IMG/VR virus record: IMGVR_UViG_3300010430_000004
Span: 32,001 to 96,000 of that record
Strand: one strand, 5' to 3'
Source: a virus
DNA length: 64,000 bases
Shown: positions 8,378 to 15,901 of the stretch, in pieces
How positions within the stretch are numbered: the stretch's first letter is position 1
How the letters are laid out: each line of letters opens with the position of its first letter
Notes under the pieces: generated by a model
Database searches by the model: none
Told to the model about the DNA's origin: nothing
The model's input: only the letters and a program-made list of their open reading frames with translations
Program-made: the position numbers and the translations under genes

Positions 8378-9412
8378 TTAGGCCGCATTTATCCAGCTTG
8401 GAGAGAAATCAATCAATTTATAAGTGCCATCAAGGTAAACAACATTTCTCTCGTGAACATCTTGATGATAAATACCTGTTGACTCTTCAAGTGTTTCTTT
8501 AAGCTCTTCCATTACGCTTTCTACTTCATATTCACATAAGTCAGCCTCTTCAACGGTAATGCCACAATGCTCCATAAAAATAACAGCCACCCAGCCATGT
8601 GAAGTTTTGATTGCATGAGCACCATAGCCATAAGGTGTAACACCGCTTGATTCAGCTTGTTTGATGATCTCAAACTCTCTCTTAGCGTCATTAAAAGCCT
8701 CAGTATCTCTAAGAGCTGTTGAGCTACTCTTGATGTTGGCTAGGTTGTGGTGACGAGTGCCATTGATAATTAACTTAGCTCCTACACCCATGTAATGGGT
8801 ATAAAGGCTATATGAACCAACACTGCAATCGTTGTCTTCATCAATACCATTTTCAATATAGTCGCCAAGCTTTTTGTCAAGAGCATCAATTAGTTGACGC
8901 TTTACGAAAGTTTTCAGTGCCTTTTTCTTTGGTGGAATTCCAGGCTTAGTAACTCCACTGCAATAAGAGATAGGTGCTCCATTGAACGGTACGTTTGGTA
9001 CATAGATAAAGTAAGAACCATCTTTGCTGACTACTTTATACATAGGTCTATAGTGTCCATAGTTTCCTGTATGATTGATGTCTTTGAGACCACACCAAAC
9101 AAAGTGGCTAAAGTTGGAGATAATAGCCCTGTGATCGTCAGTAAATGGGTTGTCTTTTTGTTTTCTAGGTTTACCGTTTAGTCTGAAAGCGTATTTGTTT
9201 AACCACTCAATGCCAAGCTTTGTTTGCTCAGGAGTGATGTCGATACCTTTCTTAAGCTGGTGCTTTATGAGCGTAATAAGTTCAAATCTATCAGAGTCGT
9301 GATTTCTCTCTTCTTCTCTTTTCATGCGACAAACCTGATCTATTTGAGTCTTTATGAAAAGGTTAGCTTTAAGGGCATCTCTGTATCTCTTGATAGTTTG
9401 CTTAGTCATCAT
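8378..9412 (-). CDS. Two-domain protein with a C-terminal Ser/Thr protein-kinase-like domain
   Basis: VGSYSLY (P-loop), GAK, REF, IFMEH, HQDVHERNV (catalytic loop), LIDFS. Confidence 0.75.
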   Translation of the reverse strand: MMTKQTIKRYRDALKANLFIKTQIDQVCRMKREEERNHDSDRFELITLIKHQLKKGIDITPEQTKLGIEWLNKYAFRLNGKPRKQKDNPFTDDHRAIISNFSHFVWCGLKDINHTGNYGHYRPMYKVVSKDGSYFIYVPNVPFNGAPISYCSGVTKPGIPPKKKALKTFVKRQLIDALDKKLGDYIENGIDEDNDCSVGSYSLYTHYMGVGAKLIINGTRHHNLANIKSSSTALRDTEAFNDAKREFEIIKQAESSGVTPYGYGAHAIKTSHGWVAVIFMEHCGITVEEADLCEYEVESVMEELKETLEESTGIYHQDVHERNVVYLDGTYKLIDFSPSWINAA

Positions 9413-9442
9413 TTCTCCTTGCTAGTTTAACTTACAAATTAC

Positions 9443-9521
9443 CTATCGGTGGCTTGTAAAAAAACTTATGCCTCAATTCGAGAAAAATGCAAATTTTTTG
9501 AAAAAACTTTCTCAAAATGAG
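9443..9521 (-). promoter_or_regulatory. sigma28(FliA)-type promoter with two operators
   Basis: ATAAGTTT-N11-ACCGATAG (9469-9443); palindromes at 9472 and 9511. Confidence 0.75.
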
Positions 9522-9530
9522 ACAGGCTAT

Positions 9531-9719
9531 TCAATTAATAAGCTTTTCAAGCAAATCCTTGTTTTTGGCTATAGCACTACACATTACAGTGTTGCAAATG
9601 TTTGTATTTTCTACATTTCTGTCTATACGCTTGTTGGTTCGGTAAAGCCATAACAGGCAACTGATTATAAGTATACCATGTACAGCAACAAAAGCTATAA
9701 ATAAGTCTGTATGGTTCAT
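9531..9719 (-). CDS. Small membrane protein
   Basis: N-terminal hydrophobic segment; AAGGAG RBS. Confidence 0.6.
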   Translation of the reverse strand: MNHTDLFIAFVAVHGILIISCLLWLYRTNKRIDRNVENTNICNTVMCSAIAKNKDLLEKLIN

Positions 9720-9922
9720 GTGTTCTCCTTTAGAAAATAAATCTCAATGTTACTTAAACAGTCTTGGTCTGCTAAATTCTTAACAGTTTCCAATACTTGC
9801 GTCTGTTCTTCAGTCAGTGTGTTGTTAACCCACAGTTTTCCAACAGCCTCAATAAAACCTTGGTTGCTAGAATTGTCTTCATAGATCTTCAATAAACGTT
9901 TGTTAAATATAGAGTTTTTCAT
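9716..9922 (-). CDS. Hypothetical protein
   Basis: 68 aa, translationally coupled. Confidence 0.6.
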   Translation of the reverse strand: MKNSIFNKRLLKIYEDNSSNQGFIEAVGKLWVNNTLTEEQTQVLETVKNLADQDCLSNIEIYFLKENT

Positions 9923-10098
9923 CAGTGAGCCTTTACTGGTTCATAAACTTCATAGCTATCATAGCCACTTAGCGCGTTAAAAAAGTCAATTAGATCATCA
10001 CACGTCTCGAAATGATACGTGTTAACTTTTCCATTAGTCACGGTTGCTAGTGTCCAATAGATTGACGCTTCTTTTTCCATCTCTAGTAAGCTCTTCAT
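9922..10098 (-). CDS. Hypothetical protein (58 aa)
   Basis: Manual ORF MKSLLEMEKE...VKAH, AGGAG RBS, TGATG overlap. Confidence 0.6.
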   Translation of the reverse strand: MKSLLEMEKEASIYWTLATVTNGKVNTYHFETCDDLIDFFNALSGYDSYEVYEPVKAH

Positions 10099-10106
10099 AT
10101 ACTCTC

Positions 10107-10334
10107 CTATGCTACTTTCTTGTTAGTGTTCAATTTCTCGACAAAAATGTCAGCAACTGCTTGTTCACCATAAGTTGCTATCATATTGCTTAATTGTAGT
10201 CTAATAGCCTCTTTTGGATGAGCCATGAAATACTCAATGTTCAGGGCATGAGGTCTGGTAACAGTGTCATCAAACAGTTCTGCTTCAGCTTTCTTATCTA
10301 ATGCTTTGGTTTTATTCATCTTAATCGGTTTCAT
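10107..10334 (-). CDS. Hypothetical protein
   Basis: 75 aa, AAGGAG RBS. Confidence 0.65.
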   Translation of the reverse strand: MKPIKMNKTKALDKKAEAELFDDTVTRPHALNIEYFMAHPKEAIRLQLSNMIATYGEQAVADIFVEKLNTNKKVA

Positions 10335-10343
10335 AAATTCTCC

Positions 10344-10661
10344 TTAGAAAATAAGCACATAGCCGTGCTGTGATAAGTTAGTGATATCTGTTAAGTTTTC
10401 CATGTGACTTTCAGCAATCGTTTTGAGTTCACATAAACCCAATCGTCCACAAGAAAGCTGATACTCGTTGTAATTGTCGTCTTCATCGTAAAAGCAGAAA
10501 GCGATAGTGCTCTCGTCTCCATTGTCTTTGTTATAAAGAGTGATACCTACCGAGAATTCTATACCACTCATGTCTGCTCCATCACAGGCCAAGTTGCAAT
10601 CAAGGGCATGGGTATTAAAAGGTTGGCTGCTCCATTCACTGTCCATTGTAGTTGCTGTCAT
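10344..10661 (-). CDS. Acidic early protein
   Basis: 105 aa, first gene after a sigma28-type promoter. Confidence 0.65.
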   Translation of the reverse strand: MTATTMDSEWSSQPFNTHALDCNLACDGADMSGIEFSVGITLYNKDNGDESTIAFCFYDEDDNYNEYQLSCGRLGLCELKTIAESHMENLTDITNLSQHGYVLIF

Positions 10662-10693
10662 TTTTCTCTCCTTTAGTTTTCCTTACAAATTAC

Positions 10694-10771
10694 TCATCGG
10701 TCAACTTTCAAAAAACTTATGCCTCAATTCGAGATTTTTCAAAAAAAGTTAAAAAACTTTCTCGTTTTGAT
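10694..10771 (-). promoter_or_regulatory. sigma28(FliA)-type promoter with two operators
   Basis: ATAAGTTT-N11-ACCGATGA (10720-10694); palindromes at 10723 and 10761. Confidence 0.75.
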
Positions 10772-10776
10772 ACGCT

Positions 10777-11304
10777 TTAGCTTGCTTCTTGCTCACTAGC
10801 TATCTGTTGGAGTTCGTCTAAGAGGCTATCCACGTCTAGGATGCTGACCCATCTGTCATAGCTCATGTTTAGGTAAAGCCAACCATCGTCACTGATATAG
10901 CCATCATCGACTTCTCGTTGTACCGTCTTCTTTTCGTCTTCAGTTAAGGCTTTAAAAGCGTCATGCAATTCGTCTTCTGGTTGGATTTCTACTTCACCCA
11001 AAGTCATGCCATAAACCTCATTGCTTTGATAGAAAACACCCTCACTAAAGCGCACAGTGCAATGCTTGTGAATGAGAGTAAGGGCTTCATCGTTTTCAAT
11101 ACCACACTTTTCTAAAAGCTTAGCGATATCATGGCTTTCCTCAGAATCAACGTTTTGTAGCGCCTCAATAACAGTGTCAATAGCCTCACCATAGCCATGG
11201 CTTTCTACAAAGTCAGCTGTACCGTTGTCTGGATTGTTTGTGTAGTACTCTGTACCCCATTCACACTCATTCATGTACTTTTCGATAATTTGCTTAACAG
11301 TCAT
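10777..11304 (-). CDS. Highly acidic early protein
   Basis: Start at MTVKQ with AAGGAG RBS; D/E-rich. Confidence 0.7.
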   Translation of the reverse strand: MTVKQIIEKYMNECEWGTEYYTNNPDNGTADFVESHGYGEAIDTVIEALQNVDSEESHDIAKLLEKCGIENDEALTLIHKHCTVRFSEGVFYQSNEVYGMTLGEVEIQPEDELHDAFKALTEDEKKTVQREVDDGYISDDGWLYLNMSYDRWVSILDVDSLLDELQQIASEQEAS

Positions 11305-11328
11305 ATACTCTCCTTTGGTCATATTTTC

Positions 11329-11405
11329 TTATCGGTGGGTCTACAAAAAACTTATGTCTCAATATGAGAATTTTGAAAAAAGTTAAAAAACTTTCTCAAA
11401 ATGAG
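11329..11405 (-). promoter_or_regulatory. sigma28(FliA)-type promoter with two operators
   Basis: ATAAGTTT-N11-ACCGATAA (11355-11329); palindromes at 11358 and 11395. Confidence 0.8.
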
Positions 11406-11693
11406 TCAGTCAATGTCAAGGTTGCGTTGTTCAATGTCATCATGGTAATCTCCAGCCATCAGCCACAACACCTTGATCTGTAAGTCAGCCTCATCCATGT
11501 CAGTTAGCTCATCCAGCGTCCACGCTCCAGTGTCTCTCAAATACTCTACCATCAACGGTCTCTCGGGAAAGTCCACCTTTTCAGAGTAGTCAACACAGTC
11601 TTGGTAACAATCACCTGCATGGTAACAAGCCTCTAATGCTTCAATGCTGATCTCCATTTCAAAGTAACTAGTCGTCATTATTATAGTTTCCAC
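11406..11693 (-). CDS. Highly acidic early protein
   Basis: 95 aa, GTG start with AGGAG RBS. Confidence 0.65.
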   Translation of the reverse strand: METIIMTTSYFEMEISIEALEACYHAGDCYQDCVDYSEKVDFPERPLMVEYLRDTGAWTLDELTDMDEADLQIKVLWLMAGDYHDDIEQRNLDID

Positions 11694-11745
11694 AAATCTC
11701 TCCTATCTATTTAGTATTGCTCAAGAATCGCACGTTCTCTTGGTC

Positions 11746-11934
11746 TCACAGATGATTCTCAAAATCGCTAGTCACTAGGTTCAACATTTCTATCAAGGTT
11801 TCTGTGTCATAGATCACTCCACGATCAATGGCACGAATAATAGCAGCATTATCAGCTACCACTTTTTCTTCAGTGCTATGGCACACAATCAAATTGGCTA
11901 GTTGTCTGATTGCTTTTCTTAAAACGTTGTTCAT
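11746..11934 (-). CDS. Hypothetical protein
   Basis: 62 aa, coupled to the upstream gene. Confidence 0.6.
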   Translation of the reverse strand: MNNVLRKAIRQLANLIVCHSTEEKVVADNAAIIRAIDRGVIYDTETLIEMLNLVTSDFENHL

Positions 11935-12215
11935 TATCCTTCTCCTAGCAGTTCAGCTACAGTGCTCATAAAGTCTACTGGAACTGTGATTTCGATACTG
12001 TCTATTTCACAAAAATCTAACTCAAGAAAGTCACCATTGTCACTCTCAACGTCACTAACCTCTACTACGTGTCCACCTATAGAGGTCATTGGGTATTTCA
12101 TGCCTTTAGACAAAGCAGTGGCATCTGGACAAAGATCTTCACTCCATAGATAGTCGATAACGTTTTCTATTCTATTCATTCCAATCTCTTCTAGTGTCAT
12201 TCTTAGTGTAATCAT
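11934..12215 (-). CDS. Acidic early protein
   Basis: 93 aa, AAGGAG RBS, first gene of the leftward module. Confidence 0.65.
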   Translation of the reverse strand: MITLRMTLEEIGMNRIENVIDYLWSEDLCPDATALSKGMKYPMTSIGGHVVEVSDVESDNGDFLELDFCEIDSIEITVPVDFMSTVAELLGEG

Positions 12216-12236
12216 CAGTGCTCCTTAGTTAATTTC

Positions 12237-12314
12237 TTATCGGTCAACTACTAAAAAACTTATGACTCATTTTGAGAAAGTTGCAAAAAATATAAAAAAC
12301 TTTCTCGAAATGAG
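12237..12314 (-). promoter_or_regulatory. sigma28(FliA)-type promoter with two operators
   Basis: ATAAGTTT-N11-ACCGATAA (12263-12237); palindromes at 12266 and 12304. Confidence 0.8.
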
Positions 12315-13175
12315 TCGTGACTGATCGGGACAAGAATAGCGTCCTGATACGTCCTGATTAGGTCTATAGGGTATTACATAGCCACCTATATGCCTCTTAG
12401 AGGCAGACCTACGTGGCTAGAATAGGGGCATGAAACTATATGATTTTGCAACAGATTCGGGTATATACGCGCAGTTGCTGAGAGCTGTTAAGAGTGTGCT
12501 ACTATGGGGTTTGGAGCGCCCCATTGCGAACAGCCCCAACTGCCCAGAAAAACTGACAGTGGCCCATACAGGCAGACAGACAGCCAATCAAACAATGACC
12601 CTATCATACAGCCACCTAACAGACAGCCACCCAGTTAGCTATGGCAAAATGCTAGAAATTTGTATAATTTCGCGTATTTATAAAAATTTTGTGTGTGTTT
12701 TTTCCAGAAAAAGTTGCAGAGCTTGAGAAGCGTGAAAAATGTCGCCTAACTTATCGAAATCATTACAGATCTATTTTGTTTTGCCTATTTACGCGTAGGT
12801 TTTGCCCTAGAGGGAGCATGAGTTTTGTACGTGGCTCTGATAAAGTGGCTGATTGGAGTCGGCTAGTTGTGTCGCCTTTGTTGCCTGTCTGTTGTGGTCG
12901 TCTCTTTGTTGTGGCCTATAAGAAAAGCCTAGAGTCAAAGGCCCCTTGCTAGCTGTGGTAAGGGTTCAACCTTCTTTTCCATGCAGAGAAAAGGCCCCTG
13001 GGGGGTTGTCTGAGCTTTCCACCACTGACGAGGGACCCGTTGGATCCTTCTGACACAGTGGTTCGCCTCATGCAGTGTAACCATGAAAGTCCAGAAAAAT
13101 AGGTACCCCCTTACCATAGAAAACGGAAAAGGGTACCTCAAGGAATCCTGCAAAAAAGGAATCCTATACTGGAGT
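12315..13175. other. Non-coding strand-switch region (candidate origin or genome end)
   Basis: No credible ORF; divergent transcription on both sides; A/C-rich and G/T-rich flanks around an AT-rich core. Confidence 0.45.
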
Positions 13176-13177
13176 CC

Positions 13178-13185
13178 CGATACTA
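13178..13185 (+). promoter_or_regulatory. Putative middle promoter box CGATACTA
   Basis: First rightward copy of YGATAYTA; further copies at 13587, 14909, 15091, 15600, 16121, 16746, 18695, 19426, 20526 and 29041. Confidence 0.6.
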
Positions 13186-13230
13186 AAGTAGTGGACCATG
13201 GAGTCCCCAACCCTCTTAAAAGGAGAACAC

Positions 13231-13581
13231 ATGAAAGCCAGTATCGAAGGTACTATCAGAAATAATGGTAAAACTACCAGCCTAATATTCAAACTCTTAT
13301 CAATGGCAATGGCCAACCCTGGAACCCCTCAAAACATATTTACTGAAAGTGACGTTTATGCGAGAAATAAGGGAATGTTGAATCATGCTAAAAGAATCAT
13401 AAATACCCTAAACCTAGACATAGAAGTAGATCTAGTCAAAACCAACGATCCTGACGGTCGCCTAGCACTAGTCATGACTTCACGGTACTATGGCAAGTTC
13501 CAAGCAGAAAGTGGAATGTTCGATATCAAAGGTTACATGGAAGATGGCAAGCCTATTCTTGGCAAGTTTACCAAGTTCTAA
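13231..13581 (+). CDS. Hypothetical protein with a degenerate P-loop (RNNGKTT)
   Basis: AGGAG RBS before MKASIEG. Confidence 0.6.
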   Translation: MKASIEGTIRNNGKTTSLIFKLLSMAMANPGTPQNIFTESDVYARNKGMLNHAKRIINTLNLDIEVDLVKTNDPDGRLALVMTSRYYGKFQAESGMFDIKGYMEDGKPILGKFTKF

Positions 13582-13600
13582 ATTCACGATACTAGTAAAC

Positions 13601-13767
13601 GCTGGGCAAACCATTTGTGCTCGACAGAGTATTGCTTTCGGCTAAATAGCGATAGATACGGAAAGCTCATAGAGGATAAGACCCTTGATTATTGAATAGT
13701 GTACTCTAATGGTCCCTTACGCATTATCTGTCTGTTCTGGATAGTGGTAATTACTGAGTAACCCAGC
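13601..13767 (+). ncRNA. Structured RNA element A
   Basis: Nested stems GCTGGG/CCCAGC, ACCATT/AGTGGT, GACAGA/TCTGTC, TATTGCT/AGCGATA, TAGAG/CTCTA; follows promoter box; ends in a T-run. Confidence 0.6.
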
Positions 13768-13785
13768 ACTTTTTTTGGAGAATAT

Positions 13786-13995
13786 ATGAGAACAAAAATA
13801 AAACATAAATTATTGTTAGAAGTTGAAATAGAGTGCCCTCTTGATAGTGATCACCCTGAACTTCATATAACAAAAGAAGAAGTTGCCGAATCATTGCTTG
13901 GTTCGGGTACTTATGCGGTTTGTGGAGACAATCCTAAAAAATATACAGCATTTATGTCTATCAAAAAAGTAACAGAAATAGATAAAGAATCATAA
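13786..13995 (+). CDS. Hypothetical protein
   Basis: 69 aa, GGAG RBS. Confidence 0.6.
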   Translation: MRTKIKHKLLLEVEIECPLDSDHPELHITKEEVAESLLGSGTYAVCGDNPKKYTAFMSIKKVTEIDKES

Positions 13996-14207
13996 TGGCT
14001 ATTAGAAAGCTGTTTAATTGGATGAATCAATACTACGTTCCAGGCTGTAGTGGAAAATGGAGCCATGATTGTCCTGTATGTAAAAAGCCAGATATGATGG
14101 GCACTGCTAGTTGGGACTATGATAAAAAGGATTATTACATAACTGAACATTGCAAATGTGGATATGTTTACCGAGGCATGAGAAAAGACAAGGATGATAA
14201 TGAGTAA
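13995..14207 (+). CDS. Small Cys-rich (Zn-ribbon-like) protein
   Basis: CPVC...HCKC. Confidence 0.6.
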   Translation: MAIRKLFNWMNQYYVPGCSGKWSHDCPVCKKPDMMGTASWDYDKKDYYITEHCKCGYVYRGMRKDKDDNE

Positions 14208-14433
14208 GCTTTCAGATATGATTAGAAAAGGTGAAAGATATGGCATTCAAGCCTGTAATCGTTGCGATTACCCTTCTCTGGTCAGAGCTAATACTTGTGC
14301 TGCTTGTGGATCATGGGATATTGAAGCCAACTTCTATGGAACTACTCAATACAAAAAGCATTTAGATGAAGATCCAATAGTGAGACAAAAAGCCAATGCC
14401 ATTAAATGGCTAAGAACTAGAACACTGAAATGA
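14194..14433 (+). CDS. Small Zn-ribbon protein
   Basis: CNRC...CAAC. Confidence 0.6.
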   Translation: MIMSKLSDMIRKGERYGIQACNRCDYPSLVRANTCAACGSWDIEANFYGTTQYKKHLDEDPIVRQKANAIKWLRTRTLK

Positions 14434-14485
14434 ATATTCATGGGCGTGGAGTCCATGAAACAATTAAACAACCGTGGAGGTTAAT

Positions 14486-14911
14486 ATGCAAGCAGATGAC
14501 GCTATCAAGTTATCAAACAAAGCCAAAGAATTATACGATAAAATACTAGATCTATCACTTGTAGATTTTTTGAAAAGAATAGATAAAGATGTTTCGTCCA
14601 ATGCAAATAGGGGTTTTACTAGTTGTATGGTTGATTTGTCTTTTTTGATAAATAATACTAGTATTCTTTTTGAAGCTCTCCAGCCGCTAAACAACCCTAG
14701 CGAGCGAGATGCTATTATGAATAAACTCAAAAAGAGAGTAAAAGACAAATTACCTGTAGGGTGGAGTAGCGATTTTCTAATGACTCCTGGATTTAGGAAA
14801 TTAAAGAAAAACCTGGAACAACACTACAAAGAGTCTGGATTTCAAGTATCTAATGATTATAACAATCCACATACCAAATTTTTAATTAAGTGGCAGAAAC
14901 AGGAACCTTGA
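14486..14911 (+). CDS. Hypothetical protein
   Basis: GGAGG RBS before MQADD. Confidence 0.6.
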   Translation: MQADDAIKLSNKAKELYDKILDLSLVDFLKRIDKDVSSNANRGFTSCMVDLSFLINNTSILFEALQPLNNPSERDAIMNKLKKRVKDKLPVGWSSDFLMTPGFRKLKKNLEQHYKESGFQVSNDYNNPHTKFLIKWQKQEP

Positions 14912-14920
14912 TATTTATCT

Positions 14921-15072
14921 TTGTAGTTGGGAGCTAAGTATCAACGCACTCCAAACCATACATTTTGAATATGTAGCTACTGTGTGTTGGTCGTTGAGAA
15001 GACCAGTGACCCATCTAAACAAAAGTCTCTCATGTACGGTTTGGTCCGTTTAATGATCCGTTTCAACGCACA
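14921..15072 (+). ncRNA. Structured RNA element B (rod-like with a central bubble)
   Basis: CCAAACCaTACAT (14951) pairs with ATGTAcGGTTTGG (15032); apical TGGTC/GACCA; terminal GTTG/CAAC; no ORF before the next promoter. Confidence 0.6.
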
Positions 15073-15101
15073 GGACGCATGGTTATTTTATGATATTAAA
15101 G

Positions 15102-15272
15102 AATTGAACATTGAAAGCGTGGGTCACTCAGGGTAGCTGACATAGTGACATCTGGCTGTCCACCTTTTTACGCCTGATGAGGATTACCGAAACATAGAAA
15201 TATGTCGCGTGGAGTCTCCCCAGGACAGGAATAACTGGAGACCTAGGCTACCCACTCTTTGAATGTTCAATT
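15102..15272 (+). ncRNA. Structured RNA element C carrying the hammerhead ribozyme
   Basis: 21/23-bp terminal inverted repeat (15102-15124 with 15250-15272). Confidence 0.75.
15166..15214 (+). ncRNA. Type I hammerhead ribozyme
   Basis: Stem I ACGC/GCGT; core CTGATGA (15174); stem II GG-atta-CC; GAAA; stem III CATA-gaaa-TATG; GTC cleavage triplet (cut after 15206). Confidence 0.85.
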
Positions 15273-15281
15273 AGAGGAATT

Positions 15282-15596
15282 ATGGATAAAGACTTTCTTG
15301 AACAGCTACAATTAATCATTTTTAATAAGGTTCGTCTAGAACCAGTAGGTTATACAGTCAAAATTTTGATGCCCTCTTCAATGTACGACCAGTGTATTGA
15401 CCATTTCACTGCACTGGGTATAAAACCGTATATAGGAAAATTGGAACTGTCTGGACAAAGCGGCCCCCATTATAGTTATGTAGTTTTGATAAATCCAGAC
15501 GCTGATGAAGTGGACCAACACGCAGTATCTGAAGCTGTAATGATTCCAGCTAAACTGGACGGTTTGGGTCCTATACTAGAATACGTCCATATCTAA
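15282..15596 (+). CDS. Hypothetical protein
   Basis: 104 aa, GAGGA RBS directly after element C. Confidence 0.65.
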   Translation: MDKDFLEQLQLIIFNKVRLEPVGYTVKILMPSSMYDQCIDHFTALGIKPYIGKLELSGQSGPHYSYVVLINPDADEVDQHAVSEAVMIPAKLDGLGPILEYVHI

Positions 15597-15613
15597 TTTC
15601 GATATTAATATTT

Positions 15614-15684
15614 ATTCAAGGCATCCTAGAGTCGCGATAGGATGGTGGGAGTAAACCGCACGAAAGGCCCACTTCACCTTGGAT
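15614..15684 (+). ncRNA. Structured RNA element D (three-way junction)
   Basis: ATTCAAGG/CCTTGGAT closing stem; CATCCTA/TAGGATG; GTGGG/CCCAC. Confidence 0.55.
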
Positions 15685-15697
15685 GTTTGGAGAATAT

Positions 15698-15901
15698 ATG
15701 ACAAAATATAAAAACATTTCTATTAGAATTCCAGCACATACAACCAACAATGGCAAAATCATAGGTTTATATTTTAATTTTCCTACCAAGTTTCATATAG
15801 AAAAAACAAAACTGCCATCTTCTACCAGATATATACTAGACCTAGCTATTCTTGGTTTTGGAATTTATATAAATATTGTCAGAGGTCTTGATGCCACATA
15901 A
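15698..15901 (+). CDS. Hypothetical protein
   Basis: GGAG RBS before MTKYK. Confidence 0.55.
   Translation: MTKYKNISIRIPAHTTNNGKIIGLYFNFPTKFHIEKTKLPSSTRYILDLAILGFGIYINIVRGLDAT

Noticed and set aside
10006-10016. Extra operator-like palindrome CTCGAAATGAT with a nearby TTGACT
   Set aside because: Lies inside the 58-aa ORF and the -35/-10 spacing is 20 nt; not counted as a promoter
9443-12314. Recurring ~80-bp intergenic repeats as a CRISPR array or integron attC cassettes
   Set aside because: The spacers are whole operons, the repeats parse as promoter plus operator, and no cas or integrase gene is present
13021-13062. CTGACGA resembling a second hammerhead core
   Set aside because: No GAAA after the putative stem II and no NUH site; the sequence folds as a simple ACCACTG/CAGTGGT hairpin
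12430-13265. ORF-track entries in the strand-switch region
   Set aside because: No convincing RBS, atypical composition and mutual overlaps; treated as non-coding
13604-13620. GGGCAAACCATT (and GTAAACC..GAAA at 15651) resembling a c-di-GMP-I riboswitch
   Set aside because: The GNRA-capped P2 followed by GACGCAAAG and the P3 receptor arm are missing
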